This document shows positions 1 through 6,525 of a stretch of DNA of 18,920 nucleotides, in pieces (position 1 is the first letter of the stretch; each line of letters begins with the position of its first letter). Origin of the DNA: Myxococcales bacterium (lineage in GTDB: Bacteria; Myxococcota_A; Polyangia; Haliangiales; Haliangiaceae); NCBI GenBank assembly GCA_005779305.1, contig SXJR01000061.1:1-18920 (forward strand), read 5' to 3'. A program made the translations under genes and the position numbers. Below the pieces are notes generated by a model, which saw nothing but the letters and a program-made list of their open reading frames with translations, had not been told where the DNA came from and did not search any database.

Positions 1-1902
1 CACACCCGCGGCAAGCGGGTCGTCGCCGAGATCACCCTGCCCGCGGCGCTGGTCGAGGAGCAGATGCACGTCTCGACCGACAAGCTGCCCGCGACCGGCG
101 CCGATCGCGCGACCGTCATCGAGGCCCTGGGCCGGATCGCCGACGCCTCGGCGCTGCCGACGGTGGCGAGCGCGCTCGGCAGCGCCGATCCGGCGATCGC
201 CGTGGCCGCCGGCGTGGCTATGGGCCGGCTCGGCCGCGCCAAACACGCGCTCGACGACACCACCGAGCTGGCCGCGATCGGCCGCACCAGGGACGAGGAC
301 GCCGGCGTGCGCTACGCCGCCACCTACGGGCTGGCCCGCGCCTTCGTCGATCCGGCCGCGCCGCCGCCGGCGGCGACCGACCCGGTGGTGCGCGCGCTGC
401 GCGACCGGCTCACCGATCAGGACCCGCTGATCCGCGCCGCCGCCGTCGCCGGCCTGGCCACCCGCAAGGCGGTGCCGGTGACCACGCCGCCGCTGCTCGA
501 TCGCCTCGACGACACCGACTGGCGGGTCGGCGTCGAGCTGGTACGCACGCTGGGCGGCCCCGCCGGCACGCCCGAGACCCGCAAGGCGCTGGTCGCGTAC
601 CTGGCGCGCGTGCAGAGCGAGTGGATCGCCGGGCGCGTGCCGCCGCCGTTCGCCCACGTCCTCCTCGAGGGCCTGCGCCAGCTCCCCGACCGCGCCACCG
701 ACGTGAAGACCCGCGGGTTCCTGGTCGCGACCGCGCGCGGCTACGCCGATGATCCACCGAGCGGCCGCCCACAACCGCTGCAGCTCGCGTCGGCGTGGGC
801 GAGCTGCCTGGCGCTGGCGGCGCTGGCGCGGCCGCTGCCATCGGCGTCGACCGGCGACGCGCTCGGCGATCCCGAGGTCGCCCGCTCGCAGCTCGAGGGC
901 TGCGGCGCCGGGCTCGTGCCCGATCACGAGGTCCGCAAGCTGGTGCTCGACGTCACCGCCGCCCACGGCGGCAGCGACGCGGTCAAGCGGCTCTCGCTCG
1001 CCGCCGGCCACGGCGACGTCCGCATCGCCGGACACGCGGTCGGGCTCCTGCCCGGGCTGTGGGAAAAGGCGTCGGCGGCCGATCGACTCACGCTGGCCGG
1101 CGCGCTGACCGACGCGGTCAAGCGCAACGACGCCGCCGTCGCCGGCTCCGCCGCCGAGGTCGCGGGGCCGATGCTGGCCGAGCGCGGCAAGGTCGGTCCG
1201 CTGGCGCCGCTCGCCGACGCCGTGGTCGCGCGCCTCGCCACCGCCGCCGGCGACGCCGAGCTGACCGCCGGCCTGCTCGGCGCCATCTCGGCCGCCAAGC
1301 TCGACGCGCTGCCCGCATGCCAGGCCATGCGCGGCGATCCCAGCCCGCCGCTGCGCACCGCCGCCCGCGACTGCGTGAAGGCGCTGGTCGGTGAGGATCC
1401 CGGGCCCGCGGTGGCCACCAAGTCTCCGCCGTCGCCGCCGGTCGATCCAGTCGCCGGCCTCAACGCGCGCACGTGGAGGCTCAGCACCACCCAGGGCGAC
1501 ATCAGCATCGCGTTCGCCGGTGAGCTGGCGCCGTGGCACGTGGCGGCGATCGCCGAGCTCACCCGCAAGGGCTTCTACGACGGCACGTTCTTCCACCGCG
1601 TGGTCCCCGACTTCGTGGTCCAGGGCGGCGATCCCACCGGCTCGGGCTGGGGCGGCCCCGGCTTCACCCTGCCCGCCGAGCCCGGCTCTCGCCTCGACGC
1701 GCCCACGCCCGAGTACGCGCCGGGCGGCATCGGCATCGCCGACGCCGGCAAGGACAGCGGCGGCTCGCAGTGGTTCGCGATGCACGGCCGCGCCCCCCAC
1801 CTCGACGGCCGCTACACCTGGATCGGCAAGGTCACCGAGGGCCAGGACGTCGTCGACCGCCTCCAGATCGGCGACCGCATCGTGCGCGCGCGCGTCGAAT
1901 GA
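1..1902 (+). CDS. HEAT/PBS-lyase-repeat protein fused to a C-terminal cyclophilin-type peptidyl-prolyl cis-trans isomerase. It is 5'-partial: the frame is open back to base 1.
   Basis: Frame 1 has no stop from base 1 to the TGA at 1900-1902. The N-terminal two thirds are Ala/Leu-rich HEAT-like repeats (EALGRIADASALPTVASALGSADPAIAVAAG...). The C-terminal 170 aa carry cyclophilin signatures (FHRVVPDFVVQGGDPTGSGWGGPGF...GGSQWF). GC3 is high throughout. Confidence 0.8.
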   Translation, partial: HTRGKRVVAEITLPAALVEEQMHVSTDKLPATGADRATVIEALGRIADASALPTVASALGSADPAIAVAAGVAMGRLGRAKHALDDTTELAAIGRTRDEDAGVRYAATYGLARAFVDPAAPPPAATDPVVRALRDRLTDQDPLIRAAAVAGLATRKAVPVTTPPLLDRLDDTDWRVGVELVRTLGGPAGTPETRKALVAYLARVQSEWIAGRVPPPFAHVLLEGLRQLPDRATDVKTRGFLVATARGYADDPPSGRPQPLQLASAWASCLALAALARPLPSASTGDALGDPEVARSQLEGCGAGLVPDHEVRKLVLDVTAAHGGSDAVKRLSLAAGHGDVRIAGHAVGLLPGLWEKASAADRLTLAGALTDAVKRNDAAVAGSAAEVAGPMLAERGKVGPLAPLADAVVARLATAAGDAELTAGLLGAISAAKLDALPACQAMRGDPSPPLRTAARDCVKALVGEDPGPAVATKSPPSPPVDPVAGLNARTWRLSTTQGDISIAFAGELAPWHVAAIAELTRKGFYDGTFFHRVVPDFVVQGGDPTGSGWGGPGFTLPAEPGSRLDAPTPEYAPGGIGIADAGKDSGGSQWFAMHGRAPHLDGRYTWIGKVTEGQDVVDRLQIGDRIVRARVE

Positions 1903-2813
1903 GCGCCGCCGACTTCCAGCGCTGGCGCGCCGGCGGCAAGGTCTACCGTCACCGCGGCCACGCCATCTTCTACCGCGTCGAGGGTGATGGCCCGACGCTG
2001 CTCACGCTGCACGGCTTCCCCAGCGCGTCGTGGGACTGGTGGCCGATGTGGCCGGAGCTGACCAGGCGCTTCCGCGTGGTCGCCGCCGATCTGATCGGCT
2101 TCGGCTGGTCGGCCAAGCCGCGCGACCACGGCTACTCGATCCTCGATCAGGCCGACCTCAACGAGGGTCTGATGCGCGAGCTCGGCCTCGAGGACGCCCA
2201 CGTGCTCGCCCACGACTACGGCGACACGATCGCGCAGGAGCTGCTCGCGCGCCACGAGGACGTCGCCGGCCGCCGGGCCTCGACCGGCGGCGGACCACGC
2301 ACGCTGCGCCTGTGCTCGGTCTGCTTCCTCAACGGCGGCCTCTTCCCCGAGACCCACCGTCCGCGTTTCGTGCAGCGCGTGCTGGCCAGCCCGCTCGGCG
2401 GGGTCATGGGTCGTCTCAGCAGCAAGCGTTTGTTCCGCTCGGGGATGACCGCGGTCTTCGGACCGAAGACGCCGCCGTCGCGCGAGTTCATCGACGAGCT
2501 GTGGACGCTGCTCCGCCACGACGACGGCCACCGCGTGCTGCACCTCCTGATCGGCTACATGGCCGAGCGCCGCCGTCACCGCGAGCGCTGGGTCGGCGCG
2601 CTCCAGCGCACCCAGGTGCCGCTGCGCGTGATCGACGGCCCCGTCGATCCGATCTCCGGCGCCCACATGGTGGCGCGCTTCCGCGAGCTGGTCCGCGACG
2701 CCGACGTCGTCGAGTTGCCCGGTATCGGCCACTACCCGCAGATCGAGGATCCGGCCGGCGTCACCCGCGCGTTCCTCGAGTTCCACGACCGGCTCGAGAC
2801 GAAGTCACGCTGA
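1899..2813 (+). CDS. Alpha/beta-hydrolase fold protein of the epoxide hydrolase / haloalkane dehalogenase-like class.
   Basis: The ATG at 1899 overlaps the upstream TGA as ATGA, which suggests translational coupling. The N-terminus reads MSAADFQRW...LLTLHGFPSASWDWW, an HGxP oxyanion-hole-like motif. A DYGD nucleophile-elbow-like region is present and the C-terminus reads PGIGHYPQIEDP. The longer ORF from 1533 would overlap the cyclophilin CDS and was rejected. Confidence 0.8.
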   Translation: MSAADFQRWRAGGKVYRHRGHAIFYRVEGDGPTLLTLHGFPSASWDWWPMWPELTRRFRVVAADLIGFGWSAKPRDHGYSILDQADLNEGLMRELGLEDAHVLAHDYGDTIAQELLARHEDVAGRRASTGGGPRTLRLCSVCFLNGGLFPETHRPRFVQRVLASPLGGVMGRLSSKRLFRSGMTAVFGPKTPPSREFIDELWTLLRHDDGHRVLHLLIGYMAERRRHRERWVGALQRTQVPLRVIDGPVDPISGAHMVARFRELVRDADVVELPGIGHYPQIEDPAGVTRAFLEFHDRLETKSR

Positions 2814-2838
2814 GCGGCATCGTTCCCGCAGGACGTTG

Positions 2839-2858
2839 CTCCGGATTCCACTCCGGAG
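2839..2858. promoter_or_regulatory. Inverted repeat ctccgg-N8-ccggag in the 74-bp spacer between the hydrolase stop and the MVP start. It could be a weak terminator or an operator.
   Basis: The stem ctccgg (2839-2844) pairs with ccggag (2853-2858). It extends to 8 bp with one mismatch (tgctccgg / ccggagga). No U-tract follows. A GGGGGGA Shine-Dalgarno at 2876-2882 precedes the MVP ATG. Confidence 0.25.
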
Positions 2859-2887
2859 GACATTCGAAGTAACCGCGGGGGGAACAC

Positions 2888-5413
2888 ATGGACGAGCGGA
2901 ATCAGAAGCGTGACCTCGTGCTTGCGCCGAGCGAGTACGCCTACATGCAAGACGTCACCAAGGGCATCATCAAGACGTACACCGGCCCGACGGTGATCAA
3001 CCCGACCGCGCAGGAGCGGCCGGTGGTCTTCAATCCTCAGAACAAACACTTCGAGGCGTGCACGCTCGAGCAGGCGGTGCAGCAGATCGCCATCGCGCCC
3101 GAGGGCTACTACGTCACGCTCAAGAACCCGTCGGCGAAGAACGATCATCCGGCGTCGGGCGGCGTCTACCCGTCGCCGGATCTCGAGGTCGGTCGCAAGA
3201 TCAACATCACCGGCCCGTGCTCGTTCGCGCTGTGGCCGGGACAGATGGTGAAGCTGGTCCCCGGCCACCACCTGCGCTCGAACCAGTACCTCGTGGTCCG
3301 CGTCTACAACGAGGACGAGGCCCGCAAGCACTGGAGCCAGGCGGTGATCAAGCCGGCCGGCGACGGTCCCGAGAGCACGGCGCCGATGGGCGGCGCGCCT
3401 CGCGACCTCACCGTCGGCAGGTTGTTCATCATCAAGGGCACCGACGTCTCGTTCTACATCCCGCCCACCGGCGTGGGCGTGGTCACCGACGAGAGCGGCT
3501 CGTACGTGCGCGACGCGCTCACCCTCGAGCGGCTCGAGTACTGCATCCTCGTCGACCAGAACGGCAAGAAGCGCTACGAGCGCGGCCCCCAGGTCGTGTT
3601 CCCCGAGCCGACCGAGACCTTCATCGCCCGCGACGGCGTGCGCAAGTACAAGGCCATCGAGCTGCAGGAGATCCAGGGCCTGCACGTCAAGGTCATCGCG
3701 CCCTACACCGAGGCCGGCCGCAGCTACCGCGAGGGCGACGAGCTGTTCATCACCGGCAAGGAGACCGCGATCTACTTCCCGCGCGAGGAGCACTCGATCG
3801 TCCGCTACGACGGCAAGGACAAGCACTTCGCCGTCGCCGTGCCGGCTGGCGAGGCCCGCTACGTCATGAACCGCAAGAGCGGCGAGATCCGCATGGTGCG
3901 GGGCCCGGCCATGCTCCTGCCCAACCCCGTCGACGACGTGATCGTGCGCCGCGTGCTCACCGATCGCGAGTGCGGCACCTGGTACCCGGGCAACGACGCC
4001 GTGCTCGCCTACAACCGCTCGCTGCGCCAGCTCGAGAGCGCGGCGCCGGTCGGCCGCGCCGGCGTGGTCTCGGAGAACGAGATCCAGAAGCAGCAGAAGA
4101 AGGCGCCGGCCGCGCAGCAGGTGGCGATGGGCGCCGCCGCGCCGGCCTCGCAGCAGGTCGCCGGCGAGGTGCTCGAGCGCGGCAACCAGTTCACCCAGCC
4201 GCGCACGGTGGTGCTCGACACCCGCTTCCAGGGCGTGCCGGCCATCAACGTCTGGGTCGGCTACGCGCTGATGGTGGTCGACAAGCAGGGCCACCGCCGC
4301 GTCGAGCAGGGCCCGGTCAACCTCCTGCTCGGCTACGACGAGACCCTCGAGGTCATCGAGCTGTCGACCGGCAAGCCCAAGTCGACCGACCGCCTGCTGC
4401 AGACCGTGTTCCTGCGCGTGCTCAACAACAAGGTCGGCGACATCTGCGTGGTCGAGACCAGCGACCACGTGCAGGTGACGCTCGAGTACTCGATGCGCGT
4501 CAACTTCACCGGCGACGCCAACCGCTGGTTCGAGGTCGAGAACTACGTCAAGTTCCTGTGCGACCACGTGCGCAGCGTGCTCAAGGGCGCGATCAAGAAG
4601 GTCTCGATCGAGCAGTTCTACGCCGGCTCGATCGACATCATCCGCGACGTCATGCTGGGCAAGGCCGAGAAGTCGGACAAGCCCGACAAGCCCGACGTGG
4701 TCCGGCCCGGCATGCGGTTCCCCGAGAACGGCATGCACGTCACCGACGTCGAGGTCCTCGAGGTCTCGATCGACGACGAGGCGATCTCCAACCTGCTCGG
4801 CGACGCCCAGCACGACGCCGTGCAGTCGAACATCAAGCTGATCGGCGCCCAGCGCGGGCTCGAGGTGGTGAAGAAGCAGGAGAACATCGCCCGCGAGACC
4901 GCGATCGCGCAGGCCGAGACCCGGCGCAAGCTGGCCGAGCTCGAGATCGAGGCGATCGCGGCCCGCTTCCGGGTCGCGCTGGCCGGCGTGCAGGGCGAGC
5001 TCGACGAGGCCAAGGCCCGCGAGGGCGCGGCGGTCGCGCGCAACGCCGCCGTCGACGTCGATCACAAGGCCAACCTGCGCCGCAGCGACGAGATCGAGGC
5101 GGCGGCGCTGACCACCGCCCGAGGCCGTCAGACCCTGGCCCTCGAGGCGCTCGCCGCCGAGGTCAGCGCGGTGGTCCAGCGCTTCGAGGCCGCGCAGGGC
5201 GGCTTCAGCGAGGCGCTGCTCGCGCTCTCGTCGCGCGAGACCCTGGCCAAGGTCGCCGAGGCCATGAGCGTCCAGTCCTTCGTCGGCGGCAAGACCCTCA
5301 CCGACGTCATCGACAAGGTCTTCGCCGGCACGCCGCTGGCCGGCCTCATGGACAAGGTCAAGGACCGCGTGGTCGGCGGCAACGGCGAAGCGCCGCGGTT
5401 GCCGGGCGCCTGA
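2888..5413 (+). CDS. Major vault protein (MVP) homolog, full length, 841 aa.
   Basis: A GGGGGGA Shine-Dalgarno lies 5 nt upstream of the ATG. The N-terminus shows MVP-repeat-like segments ([47 protein letters not shown]). The middle region aligns by eye with the eukaryotic MVP shoulder and cap region. [20 protein letters not shown] matches [57 protein letters not shown] matches [61 protein letters not shown] matches [22 protein letters not shown]. About 200 aa of Ala/Glu/Arg-rich coiled coil (cap-helix) follow. There is no signal peptide. The eukaryotic MVP comparison is from memory. Confidence 0.88.
   Translation: [841 protein letters not shown]
5348..5409 (+). repeat. Direct repeat copy 1. 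It is the last 62 nt of the MVP CDS ([21 protein letters not shown]) and is duplicated at 8521-8582.
   Basis: atggacaaggtcaaggaccgcgtggtcggcggcaacggcgaagcgccgcgg is identical for 51 nt in both copies. The next 11 nt differ at 2 positions (gttgccgggcg vs gctgccaggcg). Confidence 0.9.
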
Positions 5414-5452
5414 GCCGCAGCCGCACCCGCAGCCGCACCCGCACCCGCAACG
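5414..5452. repeat. C-rich simple repeat (gccgcagccgcacccgcagccgcacccgcacccgca) immediately after the MVP stop.
   Basis: Visible reiteration of a cagccgcacccg unit. Its composition resembles the C-rich repeats after the second MVP-end copy at 8651-8737. Confidence 0.6.
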
Positions 5453-5573
5453 GGTTGGCCAATTGGGGTGATGAGTCAGCCCTCCCCCGCGGTCGTCCGG
5501 GGCCCGCTCACCGTCGACGTCGAGTGCGCCGTCGGTTCGCAGCCGTCGGGTCCGCTCATCAAGCTCGAGTGAG

Positions 5574-6029
5574 TCAGCGGTACGGCCCGTCGCCGTCGCC
5601 GTACTCGATCAGCTCCGTCATCAGGTGGGGATCGATCGGGATCTTCTCGACGTCGACGCAGTACCACTCGGTCGCGCCGCACCCGCGGCAGACGTACACC
5701 TCCAGGAGGCCGATCCCGGACTCCTCGACCGCGACCGGTTTGACCTCGCTGCTGAAGAAGCCGCGATACGTGTCGGGCATGTGGGTGACGTACATCGGTG
5801 CCGAGACCTGCGCGTTCCCGTCGCCGACACGCGTGGTCGAGTGCTCGCGCGGGATGACACGAATGAACGACGACTTGTTGCAGCGGTCGCACGGAGCCCG
5901 CGGCCGGCGAGACGGAGGCATCGGGATCAGTCCGATCCGATCGGCGCACACCTGACACGCCCGCATCGCCTGCTCGGCGTCGGTGGACAGTTGATGGGTG
6001 TTGCAGAGCTCGCAACGCGGCGTGGTCAT
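5574..6029 (-). CDS. Small Cys-rich zinc-ribbon-like protein of 151 aa with four CxxC pairs. Function unknown.
   Basis: ATG at 6029 to TGA at 5574. Motifs CELC...CQVC...CDRC...CRGC point to a double zinc ribbon. GC3 is high. It sits inside the lower-GC segment between the MVP duplicates. Confidence 0.6.
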   Translation of the reverse strand: MTTPRCELCNTHQLSTDAEQAMRACQVCADRIGLIPMPPSRRPRAPCDRCNKSSFIRVIPREHSTTRVGDGNAQVSAPMYVTHMPDTYRGFFSSEVKPVAVEESGIGLLEVYVCRGCGATEWYCVDVEKIPIDPHLMTELIEYGDGDGPYR

Positions 6030-6330
6030 GGCCGCAACCCTACACCCGTGGCGCTACGACACGTCGTGGCCCGCTTGTGTGACATCGCGCTGCTGATGCT
6101 GGCCGGATGTGGCGACGGCTCGTCCGGTGACGCGGACAGCGCGGCCGGCGTCGACGACGGTGACGGCGGTGCCGCGGCGGGCGACGTGGCGAGGTCGGGT
6201 CGCCGGCCTTGTATCCGTATCGACTCGCGCCGCTCGAGCTCGAGGGGATCGCGCGGCGAACGGGCGGCTCCCTGGAGGGGCCGCATCCGCTTCACGACAC
6301 CGCTCGCCCGCGATCGAAGCCTGATCGTCG

Positions 6331-6465
6331 CTAGAAGATCGGGCCCGGCACGCGCGAGGCGATGTCGAAGAACGTGAAGGCGAACGTCTTCTCCTGCGGA
6401 GACAGCGTCCCGCCGCCGCGGCTGTCCGGGTCGTCGCCGTTGCCCGGTCCGCCAGAGACGTGCAT
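6331..6465 (-). CDS. Possible 44-aa small ORF (MHVSGGPGNGDDPDSRGGGTLSPQEKTFAFTFFDIASRVPGPIF) just downstream of the metalloprotease gene.
   Basis: It is in the same frame as the protease and begins 20 codons after its TGA. About 41 of 44 codons end in G/C, which is typical of genuine CDS in this genome. There is no clear Shine-Dalgarno. It lies below the ORF-track length cutoff. Confidence 0.25.
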   Translation of the reverse strand: MHVSGGPGNGDDPDSRGGGTLSPQEKTFAFTFFDIASRVPGPIF

Positions 6466-6525
6466 GTCGGCTCGGCGAGCGCGGCGCATCGCTCGGGGTC
6501 GCGCGCCAGCTCTAACGGCGGGGCG

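Noticed and set aside
1533-1898. N-terminal extension of the hydrolase ORF back to 1533.
   Set aside because: It would overlap the cyclophilin CDS by 370 bp in another frame. The ATG at 1899, overlapping the upstream stop as ATGA, is the natural coupled start.
2732-5065. 777-aa minus-strand ORF antisense to the MVP gene.
   Set aside because: Translation is low complexity and rich in Asp, Leu, Arg, Gly, Ala and Val. It is a typical open antisense frame in DNA of about 70% GC. The MVP frame has a clear homology signal and a Shine-Dalgarno.
5468-5579. Two copies of the palindromic heptamer TGAGTCA (at 5470-5476 and 5571-5577), about 100 bp apart downstream of MVP.
   Set aside because: Too short to exclude chance in a 19-kb window. 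The second copy overlaps the zinc-ribbon gene stop.
3058-5955. 965-aa plus-strand ORF in an alternative frame of MVP.
   Set aside because: The product is Arg/Gly/Pro-rich nonsense (RRGRGHRRERLVRARRAHP...). It is an off-frame artefact.
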